Below, piece after piece: positions 49,173 to 59,113 of a DNA stretch of 64,000 nucleotides (the stretch's first letter is position 1; each line of letters opens with the position of its first letter). This DNA comes from Veillonella parvula (GTDB lineage Bacteria; Bacillota; Negativicutes; Veillonellales; Veillonellaceae): the NCBI RefSeq assembly GCF_032472435.1, contig NZ_JAWEGM010000001.1, positions 124,928 through 188,927 of the forward strand. The letters run 5' to 3'. The notes under the pieces are model-generated. The model did no database searches and was not told where the DNA came from. It was given only the letters and a program-made list of their open reading frames with translations. The position numbers and the translations under genes are program-made.

Positions 49173-50480
49173 TTACATTTCGTCATGGTCTTTAATGAGA
49201 CCAGCTTTTTTCTTTTTCCAGTAGGAGTAGTAGAATGGCAAGATTACGATACAGCCGCCTAGACCCCATAATAATTGGTTAGTTTGAGCCTGGGCAAGCA
49301 TCCATAGGGATGTGCCGATAGCGATGACTGGGATTAAGTAGCCACCAGGGATTGTGTAGGAACGTGCTTTGTCTGCCCATTTACGACGGAAGATAATAAC
49401 AGCCAAACAAGTTGGTAGGTATTGTGTAAAACGAGATACCGCACTGATGGCTGCTAGTGTTGTAAAGGAACCAGACCAGGCAAGTAATACACTGGCAATG
49501 GCAGTAACGATGGCTGCTACATATGGTGCATTGTAACGATTGCGTTTTGCTAAAGCACTTGGTAGCATACCATCTTCCGCCATGGATGTTGCCACACGAG
49601 GCGCATAGTAAGCTTCAGCAAAGTTGATACCGCCCATAGAGATTAAGGTGCCTATTAATACGATATACATGCCAATAGGACCAACGATCACATTGAATGC
49701 ATCTTGTACTGGAGCCTTAGTATTTGCTAAATCTGTACCAAGTACACCAATGGATACGGCAAGGATTGCCATATATAGAACCGATACAAGAAGCATACAC
49801 ATGATAATAGCACGTGGTAAATTCTTTTTAGGATTTTTCATATCTTCTGCAGCAATGGCAATAACTTCAAACCCTGTATAGGCAAAGAATAGAAGAACCG
49901 CAGCTTGTGCAAAAGAACCGTCCACATAGGTATCCTGTGGAAATACAGGCGTAAAGTTAGCGCCATTAATAAAGAAGATACCAACTGCAATAAATAGGCC
50001 AAGAGGAACCAATTTAGAGATAGTAATTAAGTTATTAACGAATTTTGATACGTTAACACCAAATATATTCACAATGGTAAGGCCTACAATTAAGATAAAT
50101 GAAATGACATCCTTTGCAAAATCACCACTTAAAGCTGGTATTGCAGCACCTAATGCGGTAGCAAAACCAACGGCCATAGCCGCCCATGCAATAACGGTTA
50201 CGATCCATTTTAGAACGCCCACTTCAAATGCCCAGAAGTCACCTAATGCATGTTTTGCATATAGATAAGGACCGCCATTACGTGTGAATAGGCTAGCTGC
50301 CTCTGCAAAGCAAAGGGCGATACAACCTGCGATAACGGCGTCAAATAAGAGTACACCTAAACTAGCTGAACCAATTATGGAATATGCTTTATTAGGTAAT
50401 AGAAAAATACCTGTCCCTACAATACCATTGATGCCAAGGAGTACAATACTCCAAAAGCCAAATTTTCCTGTTTCTTTCAT
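49173..50480 (-). CDS. APC-superfamily amino acid permease
   Basis: 435 aa, 12 TM. N-terminal GFWSIVLLGINGIVGTGIFLLP motif. Confidence 0.85.
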   Translation of the reverse strand: MKETGKFGFWSIVLLGINGIVGTGIFLLPNKAYSIIGSASLGVLLFDAVIAGCIALCFAEAASLFTRNGGPYLYAKHALGDFWAFEVGVLKWIVTVIAWAAMAVGFATALGAAIPALSGDFAKDVISFILIVGLTIVNIFGVNVSKFVNNLITISKLVPLGLFIAVGIFFINGANFTPVFPQDTYVDGSFAQAAVLLFFAYTGFEVIAIAAEDMKNPKKNLPRAIIMCMLLVSVLYMAILAVSIGVLGTDLANTKAPVQDAFNVIVGPIGMYIVLIGTLISMGGINFAEAYYAPRVATSMAEDGMLPSALAKRNRYNAPYVAAIVTAIASVLLAWSGSFTTLAAISAVSRFTQYLPTCLAVIIFRRKWADKARSYTIPGGYLIPVIAIGTSLWMLAQAQTNQLLWGLGGCIVILPFYYSYWKKKKAGLIKDHDEM

Positions 50481-50495
50481 GATACAATCTTCCTA

Positions 50496-51236
50496 CTATT
50501 TAGTTACATTTTCTTGAGTTGCTTTTACGAATGCAGTAAATAAACGCTTTGCATTTTCGTCATTTGTAGACATCATTTCCGGGTGGAACTGACAGGCGAC
50601 TAACCAAGGATAGGATGGATCCTCTAAACCTTCTACGGTACCATCCTTAGCTCTTGCTACAACCTGTAATCCTTTACCGACATTTTTAACTGTTTGGTGA
50701 TGATGGGAGTTCGTAATCCAAGTATTGCAACCTATAGCACTAGCTAGTTTTGATTTGGAATCAATTTCTACCGTATGGGTGCCAAGAGAAGGTGTTTGAT
50801 TCTGAGAGTGTTTTATTGTACAGTTTTGATCATATTTTAAGTCTTGGAATAAAGAACCACCACGATATACATTTAAGATTTGTAAGCCACGACAGATACA
50901 AAAGATGGGAATTTGTTTTTCTTCTGCTGCTTTGATTAAAGCAAAGTCGAATTGATCGCGCTCCGGAAATACATCACCAAGACCTTGCAAAGGTTCTTCT
51001 CCATAGTGGAGCGGGTATACATCATGGCCACCGGATAATAGTAAGCCGTCAAGCTTTGCTACCGTTTCGCGAGCTACATCAAGATTTTGGGTAAATGGAA
51101 TTATAACAGGAATGCCGCCAGTTTCCTCAATAGAACGAGGATAGTCTTGGTTTACGTAAGAACGCAATAAATCTACGTAAGGACCACCATTATCTCGTAA
51201 GATATTGCCAGATATGCCAATAAATGGTTTCGTCAT
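50496..51236 (-). CDS. Gamma-glutamyl-gamma-aminobutyrate hydrolase family protein (peptidase C26, class I glutamine amidotransferase-like; PuuD-like)
   Basis: Nucleophile motif FCICRGLQILN and C-terminal CQFHPE. Confidence 0.85.
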   Translation of the reverse strand: MTKPFIGISGNILRDNGGPYVDLLRSYVNQDYPRSIEETGGIPVIIPFTQNLDVARETVAKLDGLLLSGGHDVYPLHYGEEPLQGLGDVFPERDQFDFALIKAAEEKQIPIFCICRGLQILNVYRGGSLFQDLKYDQNCTIKHSQNQTPSLGTHTVEIDSKSKLASAIGCNTWITNSHHHQTVKNVGKGLQVVARAKDGTVEGLEDPSYPWLVACQFHPEMMSTNDENAKRLFTAFVKATQENVTK

Positions 51237-51457
51237 AATATCACCTCATATGTGTAAAAATCTGTACAACCTGATGTTAGTGTATCAGATTTTTATGGAT
51301 AAAAACACTACTAATAGATATAATTATAAGCCTTATAATTGAGAAAATATGTTAAAGTTGATACATTTTACTATATTTTCTTTCAAGATATAGTTGTATA
51401 AGTTTATTGCGAAACATGATATGATAAACTACGAATGAACTGTACGGGAGGTTTACT

Positions 51458-52501
51458 ATGGTTTTTCTAACATCTTTGCAAAGTATCATACCTATTGTGC
51501 TACTTATTTTGTTAGGATATATATTAAAAGGACGGGGCATGTTTAACCCCACCTTTAGTGGTAATTTATCGCGATTTATCATGTCGGTTGCATTACCAGC
51601 GGGAGTATTTGTATCTGTATTACATCACCTACATACTTCAGATATATGGAATTTACGATATGGCATGTTAGTAGTTGTCCTAACATATGTTATTGCATAT
51701 ATCGTAGCGTTCATTATGATGAAAATGTTGAAAGTTCCTAAAGGACGACGTGGTATTTTCATCAATATGGTAGTAAATGATAACTGCTTGTTTATTGGGT
51801 TACCAGTGCAAATTGCACTCTTTGGGCAAGAGGCGCTGCCGTATTTTCTGTTATATTACATCGGTAACACTATTTCCGTATGGATGGTAGGGGTATTCCT
51901 TATAGAACTAGATCCGCTGCCAAATTCTGAAGTAGATTTTAATAATGGCTCCTATAAGATTGATAGTATAAATAATAGTTCAGAATCTACTGAAGGTAAA
52001 AGCAAGAAACCTAAATTTGATTGGAAGAAGTTATTACCACCACCATTGATAGGTTTTTTTGTGGCCTTAATCTTCTTGTTTTTTGAAATTCCTTTACTTC
52101 CAATTTTGCATACTACCTTGAATTACTTAGGTGATATGGTAACCCCATTATCCTTGATTTATATAGGTATTGTACTTCATGATGCGGGCTTAAAAAGCAT
52201 GCGTTTAAATAAAGACTCCATCGGTGGGATTGTAGGACGATTTGTCATTTCCCCGATTATCATGTTCTGTTTGATTATGGCTTTACAATATGGAGCAGGC
52301 ATAGTTCTAGAACCAATTGCAATCATTACCTTTGTTGTACAATCAGCAGGACCTGTCATTGCAGTATTGCCAATTGTAGCTAATGAATCAAAAGCTGATT
52401 TGCCATTTGCTACAGGTCTAGTTATGATTAGTACCATATTATTTGTTGTAGTAATTCCAATCATAATGGAAATTTTAACAATGATAGGTATACAAGCTTA
52501 A
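51458..52501 (+). CDS. AEC (auxin efflux carrier) family transporter
   Basis: Two hydrophobic halves separated by a polar loop. GGGAGG RBS. Confidence 0.75.
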   Translation: MVFLTSLQSIIPIVLLILLGYILKGRGMFNPTFSGNLSRFIMSVALPAGVFVSVLHHLHTSDIWNLRYGMLVVVLTYVIAYIVAFIMMKMLKVPKGRRGIFINMVVNDNCLFIGLPVQIALFGQEALPYFLLYYIGNTISVWMVGVFLIELDPLPNSEVDFNNGSYKIDSINNSSESTEGKSKKPKFDWKKLLPPPLIGFFVALIFLFFEIPLLPILHTTLNYLGDMVTPLSLIYIGIVLHDAGLKSMRLNKDSIGGIVGRFVISPIIMFCLIMALQYGAGIVLEPIAIITFVVQSAGPVIAVLPIVANESKADLPFATGLVMISTILFVVVIPIIMEILTMIGIQA

Positions 52502-52533
52502 AATAAGAAAAAGATTAAAATAAGTAAATAAAA

Positions 52534-52580
52534 AATAGGTTCCTAATGGTCATATAGGTGACTATTAGGAACCTATTTTT
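52534..52580. terminator. Bidirectional palindromic terminator, same arm sequence as 45498-45546
   Basis: AATAGGTTCCTAATGGTCA-TATAGG-TGACTATTAGGAACCTATT flanked by A and T tracts. Confidence 0.85.
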
Positions 52581-52597
52581 ATGTAAGTATATACAGC

Positions 52598-54154
52598 TTA
52601 TCTAAAGAATCTACCAACGAGTGGCATGCTAGCACCATCGTTTTTATTAAGGCCTTTTAAAAGAACCATGATAATTACGTATAGTAGTAATCCTTCAATA
52701 CCTGTGAGTATAAAGTTAGCCCACATTGGTAGGATGTCTATTAAGTAATGGTAACTCATGAAAATAAGTATACCCATAACACCGGCACTGACCACGTTTT
52801 TCCAAAGCAGGGAAATATCAAGGAAGTAGCCTGTGTATTTTTTGATATAAATCAAGTTAAGTAATGCGGCAAAGCCTATGTCAGCAACGGTTGCCCAAGC
52901 GGCACCGCCGATGCCAAGCCAAGGAATAGCAGTCAGTGTCCAGTTAAGGATGACCTTGATTATGAGGGAAATCCCCATATTTATGACTGGAATACGTGGT
53001 CTGTTGAGACCTTGTAGAATACCTGTTGTTACTTGATGTACACCTAGGAAGAATATAGAGAATGCCGTGATTTGCGTTGCTAGTTCTGCCTTAGGCGCAT
53101 TGTAAATCAGTGTAACAGTTGGGGCAGCAAGTACATATAATAGCACTGTAAATGGTACGGTTGCCATAAATGTTAGTCGCATAGAGCCAGCAGTGCGATC
53201 ATATATACCTTGATGATCGCGTTTTGCAAAGGCATGAGAGATAGCTGGTACAATGCTTGTCGCAAGGGCTGCGGTAATGATGGTAGCCAAGTTGATGAGC
53301 GGTACCGCCATCCCAGTAAGGTAACCGAAGAGTTCTGTTACTTCGTTCATTGGGAACCCAGCATCTAATAAGCGACGTGGTACGATAAGTAAGTCGAGAT
53401 TCGCCGTCAACGGTAACATGATACTTGCTAAGGAAATTGGAATGGACAAGGTTAAGAGTCGTGACAAAATTTCTTTAGCTGATTCACGAGGCCCATCGTA
53501 GCTTTCACCAGTACTACTTGCCTTAGGTAATTTATAGTAGTAGTACAAGAGCACTAGGAAGGCACCAAAGGCACCTACGCCAGCACCTAAGCTAGCTCCA
53601 CCTGCCGCGGCCGGTAAGCCGTAAGGTAATAAAATAGCAGCAGCACCAAGCATAACGATAACCCGTAGCAATTGTTCTACAATTTGGCTAATCGCTGTAG
53701 GCGTCATCATTTCATAGCCTTGGATATACCCGCGGAAACAGGAAATCCATGTTACAAAGAATACTGCCGGAGCGAGCGCGATGATAGAGTAGTAGGCACG
53801 GCTTTCAGCAATGAGACCACTAGAGATTAACCAATCTGCACCAAAGTACATGGCAAGACTGGCGATAAAACCTGTTATAGTCAACATTGTAAAAGAAATA
53901 TTGAATACTCTCTTAGCGCCACCAAAGTCGTGTAAGGCTAATCGTTCTGCCGTCAAAATAGAGATGGCAATCGGCACACCTGCGCTCGAAATTTGTAATA
54001 GTAACAAATAGATAGGAAAGGCCATCTGGTAGATACCGATGCCTTCACCACCCAAGATGCGAGATAGAAGAATCCAGTTGATACTACCGATGGCTTTTAC
54101 TACGAAACCGGCAATGGTTAAAATTAAGGTTCCTTTTAAAAATCCACTAGCCAT
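52598..54154 (-). CDS. MOP-superfamily flippase (SpoVB/MurJ-like polysaccharide or lipid II flippase)
   Basis: 518 aa, about 14 TM. N-terminus FLKGTLILTIAGFVVKAIGSINWILLSRILGGEGIGIYQMAFPIY. Confidence 0.8.
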   Translation of the reverse strand: MASGFLKGTLILTIAGFVVKAIGSINWILLSRILGGEGIGIYQMAFPIYLLLLQISSAGVPIAISILTAERLALHDFGGAKRVFNISFTMLTITGFIASLAMYFGADWLISSGLIAESRAYYSIIALAPAVFFVTWISCFRGYIQGYEMMTPTAISQIVEQLLRVIVMLGAAAILLPYGLPAAAGGASLGAGVGAFGAFLVLLYYYYKLPKASSTGESYDGPRESAKEILSRLLTLSIPISLASIMLPLTANLDLLIVPRRLLDAGFPMNEVTELFGYLTGMAVPLINLATIITAALATSIVPAISHAFAKRDHQGIYDRTAGSMRLTFMATVPFTVLLYVLAAPTVTLIYNAPKAELATQITAFSIFFLGVHQVTTGILQGLNRPRIPVINMGISLIIKVILNWTLTAIPWLGIGGAAWATVADIGFAALLNLIYIKKYTGYFLDISLLWKNVVSAGVMGILIFMSYHYLIDILPMWANFILTGIEGLLLYVIIMVLLKGLNKNDGASMPLVGRFFR

Positions 54155-54157
54155 TGA

Positions 54158-55087
54158 TTATAGTTTGTTGGAAGAACCCAATACATTTTTAATTTTGTGA
54201 GCTACCATGCCTTTAATAGCATCACGAGCAGGTCCTAAGTATTTACGAGGGTCAAATTCGGATGGGTTTTGAGCCAAGTATTCACGTACAGATGCGGTCA
54301 TAGCAAGACGAAGGTCTGTATCGATGTTGATTTTGCAAACCGCCATTTGAGCTGCTTTGCGAAGCATTTCTTCAGGAACTCCTTGAGCACCAGGAATGTT
54401 GCCACCGAATTCATTACATTTTGCTACGAATTCAGGCAATACGGAGGATGCCCCATGCAATACGATAGGGAAGTTAGGCAATAATTCGCCAACTTTTTTC
54501 AAACGATTGAAGTCGAGGTAAGGGTCGCCTTTGAATTTGTAAGCACCATGGCTAGTGCCAATAGCGATTGCTAAGGAGTCTACGCCAGTTAGGTGTACGA
54601 ATTCAGCAGCTTGTTCTGGGTCTGTAAAGCGAGCATCTGCATCGGATACGTTTACATCATCTTCAACACCAGCCAAACGGCCTAATTCTGCTTCTACTAC
54701 AACGCCATGAGCGTGAGCATATTCAACAACTTGTTTAGTGATTTTTACGTTTTCATCGAAATCATAGTGAGATGCGTCGATCATAACGGATGTGAAGCCA
54801 CCATCTACACAGTCTTTACAGATTTCAAAGGAATCGCCGTGATCAAGGTGAAGAGCGATTGGTAAGTTGCTGTCTTCAAGAGCTGCTTCTACGAGTTTAA
54901 CAAGGTAAATATGTTTAGCATATTTACGAGCACCTGCAGATACTTGCAAGATAAGAGGGGATTGTTCCTCTTTCGCTGCATCTACGATACCTTGTACGAT
55001 TTCCATGTTGTTTACATTGAAAGCGCCAACAGCATAGCCGCCTTCATAGGCTTTTTTGAACATTTCTGTAGTAGTAACTAATGGCAT
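54158..55087 (-). CDS. fba: Class II fructose-1,6-bisphosphate aldolase
   Basis: GYAVGAFNVNNME, LHLDHG and VLHGASS motifs. The ATG at 55087 follows AAGGAGGAC. Confidence 0.93.
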   Translation of the reverse strand: MPLVTTTEMFKKAYEGGYAVGAFNVNNMEIVQGIVDAAKEEQSPLILQVSAGARKYAKHIYLVKLVEAALEDSNLPIALHLDHGDSFEICKDCVDGGFTSVMIDASHYDFDENVKITKQVVEYAHAHGVVVEAELGRLAGVEDDVNVSDADARFTDPEQAAEFVHLTGVDSLAIAIGTSHGAYKFKGDPYLDFNRLKKVGELLPNFPIVLHGASSVLPEFVAKCNEFGGNIPGAQGVPEEMLRKAAQMAVCKINIDTDLRLAMTASVREYLAQNPSEFDPRKYLGPARDAIKGMVAHKIKNVLGSSNKL

Positions 55088-55338
55088 GTTGTCCTCCTTG
55101 GCTCTAGAGCCTGTCATATCATGTTATTAATACTGTGACTGCTAGTATTTCTAGCGCATATGAGCTAGATAAAAAAACTAGTGTTATTGCAATCATATAT
55201 CAATTCAAGTTAAGTATATCAAGAAACACTATAAAGGGCCAATATTTTTTGTATAACTTATGCATAAATTTCGTCTTGTTTTGTGACCCATGTGGGTTAT
55301 TTCTGTGTAGGAGCATTTATTTAGGGTATTATATCAGC

Positions 55339-56313
55339 TCAATCGTTTAGCAATACGTTCATATCTTCTGGCATTTCTGCATGCAGTTCGAGCCATTCAT
55401 TTGTTATGGGATGATAAAAGCTTATGCGCGATGCATGCAGTGCTTGACGTTGAATAGATTCTAGATGACCACCGTATAAGTCATCACCAGCTAGTGGATA
55501 CCCTAGTTGAGATAAATGAACTCGAATCTGATGGGTGCGTCCTGTGTGCAATAAGCACCGTACATGGGTAAACTGATTATAAGATGTAAGCGAGCTGTCA
55601 GTTGAACATACATTACTATTATTATTCATCGTAATTACATCATCAGAATTAATCTTACCACTACTGATTTTGCTTGTATTTTTACTAATAATAGTTATAT
55701 CCGTGCGAGCCGGCTTTCCTTGGACTGTACAACAGCGCTCAATGATACTGCCTGGTTTACGACCTATAGGCCAGTTAATGCTTATACGCATAGAAGGGAG
55801 ATGCCCTTCTACAATGGCGTCGTAGATTTTGTAAAAATGGGTGTGTTTTTTATCAAAAGCATGTTGGACCACCGATGTTTTAGCAATGATGACAATACCT
55901 GAGGTATCCTTATCTAATCGGTGTACAGGATGGAAATCATAATGCTGATTTGTTTCTTGGTAGTAATGAAGTACACCATTTGCCAGCGTATGATCTCGGA
56001 CGATAGAAGTAGGGTGCATAAGAATACCAGCCGCTTTATTAATGACTAAAATATATTCGTCCTCATATATGATATCTAAACTCATAGGGCTTAGGCTAAA
56101 CTCTTGCTCTGGAGTTAACTTCATAACGAGATGATCGCCACCGTGAATGAGCGTATTCCAGGTAGCAAATTTACCATTAACTGTTATGATGCCTTCATTT
56201 CGTAAACGGCGTCTCATGCGCTGGGAGATATGCTGTTGTTTTATAATATGATTTATAGATTGTGTGTGTACATCAGAATCTACAATTAAGTCGATTATTG
56301 TTGCTGTTTTCAT
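55339..56313 (-). CDS. RluA-family 23S rRNA pseudouridine synthase (RluD-like) with a low-complexity insertion
   Basis: S4-like N-terminus, catalytic HRLDKDTSG and C-terminal HTGRTHQIRVH. An insertion of about 40 aa, rich in Ser/Asn, sits between the conserved blocks. Confidence 0.85.
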   Translation of the reverse strand: MKTATIIDLIVDSDVHTQSINHIIKQQHISQRMRRRLRNEGIITVNGKFATWNTLIHGGDHLVMKLTPEQEFSLSPMSLDIIYEDEYILVINKAAGILMHPTSIVRDHTLANGVLHYYQETNQHYDFHPVHRLDKDTSGIVIIAKTSVVQHAFDKKHTHFYKIYDAIVEGHLPSMRISINWPIGRKPGSIIERCCTVQGKPARTDITIISKNTSKISSGKINSDDVITMNNNSNVCSTDSSLTSYNQFTHVRCLLHTGRTHQIRVHLSQLGYPLAGDDLYGGHLESIQRQALHASRISFYHPITNEWLELHAEMPEDMNVLLND

Positions 56314-56537
56314 ACGTATTATTATAGCAAATAAAATAAAAATGAAGAATTTTTCATAATTCGTTGTATTTGTGAAGGTCGATATAGTATAATTTGAATT
56401 GCTGAATTTTATACATTATTTATGTGTGAACTTTTTACTATAATACTGTGTGTTTAGTTCTAACAGTATATTTTATGAACTATATATGTATGTTAATGAC
56501 TGTATGGTTATAGCTTATTCTATAAAAGGAGAGGTTT

Positions 56538-58133
56538 ATGAATATTAACAAGAAATCTTTATTAGTTGCATGTGTGTTAGCGGCTATGTCTACAACAACT
56601 TTCGCGGCATCTACTACAACATCTACTAGTAGTACAACGGTAACAAACCACGATACACCAACATCGACTAGTACACGTGTAACCCGTGAGCAACATACAA
56701 CAACTACATCAACTTCTACTGTGCGCACAGAAAGCTCTAGCTCCACTAAAAGCACTAAAGCTAGTGTAGGCGTAATGACTCCTCAAAAACTTGAAGAACG
56801 TAGTGCACTTTCTGGTTATATCGCGGCTGATGTATCAAGTGCATTAAACCCTTATCGTGATGCACCAAAATCTTTGAAATCTGGTAAAGGTACTACTTTC
56901 AAAAATGATGAAGTTCTTGAGCATGGTGTATTAGCATCTATGAAACAAGGAGGTAAATGGGGTATTATTCGTCCAGATGGTACTGTTGCTATTGAACCTA
57001 AGTACAAAGAAATTAAAGATGTTGATTATAAAACAGGCAATGTCTTAGCTCAAGTAGATAAGAAAACAGAAACTTGGGTTACACCTAAGGGTGTGGAAAT
57101 CTCTGAAGAGGAAGCTTTAAAAGAACGTGTTAAACAAGAAGCAACTCAAGAGTATCCAAGCGATTCCTATGTAGAGTTTAAAGAAAAAGGAAAATACGGC
57201 TTTAAGACTACTGACGACAAAGTAGTGATTGCTCCACAATTCCGTCAAATTGTGACTGGTTTTAGCGAAGACCGTGCTTTTGTTAAGAATGCTAAAGGTA
57301 AAATCGTAGCTATTGATGGTACTGGTAAAGAATTATTTAATGCTCCTTCTAAAGAGGTATATGCATTCCGCAATGGTCTTGCTGAATATCGTCGCTCCGT
57401 AAGTGGGTTTAACTTAGGTGGTCTTGTAGGTGGCTTCATCGTGGGCGGTATCCTTGGAGGTGCACTTTTAGGTGGTCAACATTATCACGTAGGTGGTTTT
57501 GCCTATGATGGTGCAAAACGTGGCTATATTGATCGTTCTGGTAATATTGTAATCGATAGCAAAAAAGATAAAGTATGGCCTATCACAGCTTATGGTACAG
57601 TAATCAAAGATGCTGGTAACTTATACTTTGTGAACCGTAAAGGTGAAGTTGTTATTCAACCAGGCGATTACGATGCAGGTGAAATGGATAAATTAAATGG
57701 TCTATTAGCATTAAGAGACAATAAGACTGAGAAATGGGGCATTTTCGATGTATCAACAGGTAAGCAAGTGGTATCTTTTAAATATGATTCTATTTCCTTT
57801 GCAGGGACTGATCGTTTAGTAGTTGTGAAAGATCATGTTAAAAACCTTATCGATATGAATAGTGGTAAATCCTTGTACTCTGCTCAAACAGAAGCAACTA
57901 TTGAACCGTTCAACAACGATACTGTAACATGGGTTCATACTGGTAAAGAGGGCTATACAATCATAGATAATAATGGTCATATTTTATTTAGAGATACCAA
58001 CAAACTTATTGAAGATGCTAAGTCCTTTAATCATGGTTTTAGTTCTGTTAAGTCTAAAGGCAAATGGGGAATTATGAACTCCAAAGGCGAATGGCTTATA
58101 CAACCTACATATGATGCGGTAAACGTTTTATAA
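56538..58133 (+). CDS. Secreted WG-repeat (KWG-type) protein with a Ser/Thr-rich linker
   Basis: Signal peptide. About 60 aa of Thr/Ser-rich sequence. Repeated GKWGII/KYGF/EKWGIF/GKWGIM units. Confidence 0.75.
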   Translation: MNINKKSLLVACVLAAMSTTTFAASTTTSTSSTTVTNHDTPTSTSTRVTREQHTTTTSTSTVRTESSSSTKSTKASVGVMTPQKLEERSALSGYIAADVSSALNPYRDAPKSLKSGKGTTFKNDEVLEHGVLASMKQGGKWGIIRPDGTVAIEPKYKEIKDVDYKTGNVLAQVDKKTETWVTPKGVEISEEEALKERVKQEATQEYPSDSYVEFKEKGKYGFKTTDDKVVIAPQFRQIVTGFSEDRAFVKNAKGKIVAIDGTGKELFNAPSKEVYAFRNGLAEYRRSVSGFNLGGLVGGFIVGGILGGALLGGQHYHVGGFAYDGAKRGYIDRSGNIVIDSKKDKVWPITAYGTVIKDAGNLYFVNRKGEVVIQPGDYDAGEMDKLNGLLALRDNKTEKWGIFDVSTGKQVVSFKYDSISFAGTDRLVVVKDHVKNLIDMNSGKSLYSAQTEATIEPFNNDTVTWVHTGKEGYTIIDNNGHILFRDTNKLIEDAKSFNHGFSSVKSKGKWGIMNSKGEWLIQPTYDAVNVL

Positions 58134-58251
58134 TATAATTGGTTGTAGAATTCTTTTGAATTTGTATTGTCTTTAGTTTTGGCTTAATTATTATTGTTTA
58201 GTTATAGTTCTTAGCTATAAACTAAATACAACATAATATCGTTATACAGAG

Positions 58252-58291
58252 ACTAGCAATGTACATGTATTATGTATGTTGCTAGTTTTTT
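58252..58291 (+). terminator. Rho-independent terminator
   Basis: ACTAGCAATGTACAT ... ATGTATGTTGCTAGT hairpin followed by TTTTTT. Confidence 0.8.
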
Positions 58292-58548
58292 ATATTATTT
58301 GCCTTGTGTATTGTATTGCATAACCGTATTAGAGAACTTCCACTATACTTATAAAAGCTTCATTAATACATAGCTAACAATTATAATTAAGAAAATCGAT
58401 TTACCTAGAAAATAAGCCTGTTTTAAGGTATAATTATAGAGATGTATTCCGTTTTGGTGTAGTTTTACACTTTCACTTGGAATATGAGGATGATGAAAGT
58501 AATGCTATGAACCTTATGCCCAACAGGTTCAGGTGTAGGAGGTATAAA

Positions 58549-59043
58549 ATGGCTAAAGATTGTTCCTTTGACGTTGTGTCTGAAGTGGATATGCAGGAAG
58601 TAGATAATGCGGTAAACCAAGCAAAAAAAGAAATTGGTACGCGTTATGATTTCCGTGGCTCTAAAGCGGAAATTAGTCTTGAAGGCGACACTATCAAAAT
58701 CATCGGTGATGATGAATACAAATTGAATGCCATTATCGATGTATTAAAAGGCAAGATGGTTAAACGTAACGTAGCGATTAAAAATCTTGATTACGGAAAA
58801 GTTGAACCAGCAGCAGGTGCAACAGTTCGTCAAATCATTACTATCAAAAAAGGCATTACAAAAGAAAATGCTAAAGAAGTAGTAAAAGCAATTAAAAACA
58901 TGAAAATTAAGGTACAAGCATCTATCCAAGAGGATCAAGTGCGCGTATCTGGTAAGGATAAAGATGATTTGCAAGCAGTAATCCAAATGTTAAAACAATT
59001 GGATATCCCTGTAGAATTGCAATTCGTTAACTTCCGTTCTTAA
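58549..59043 (+). CDS. yajQ: YajQ-family nucleotide-binding protein (UPF0234)
   Basis: [33 protein letters not shown]. The ATG at 58549 follows TAGGAGG. Confidence 0.88.
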   Translation: MAKDCSFDVVSEVDMQEVDNAVNQAKKEIGTRYDFRGSKAEISLEGDTIKIIGDDEYKLNAIIDVLKGKMVKRNVAIKNLDYGKVEPAAGATVRQIITIKKGITKENAKEVVKAIKNMKIKVQASIQEDQVRVSGKDKDDLQAVIQMLKQLDIPVELQFVNFRS

Positions 59044-59113
59044 TACTATATGTCCATAGGATAGGTTAGTTAGACTCGTTTGAGTTTCTAATACTATCAG
59101 TGTAGGAGGCCTT

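Noticed and set aside
56480-56755. A Val-rich ORF on the minus strand upstream of and overlapping the WG-repeat gene.
   Set aside because: It is the reverse complement of the ACN/TCN-rich Thr/Ser linker codons, so it is an artefact of that repeat.
58292-59113. A cobalamin riboswitch expected upstream of the cbi operon.
   Set aside because: I found no B12-box-like sequence in the yajQ leader, nor in the 70-nt yajQ-cbiD gap. Any riboswitch must lie elsewhere, or the operon is controlled differently. A cmsearch with RF00174 would settle it.
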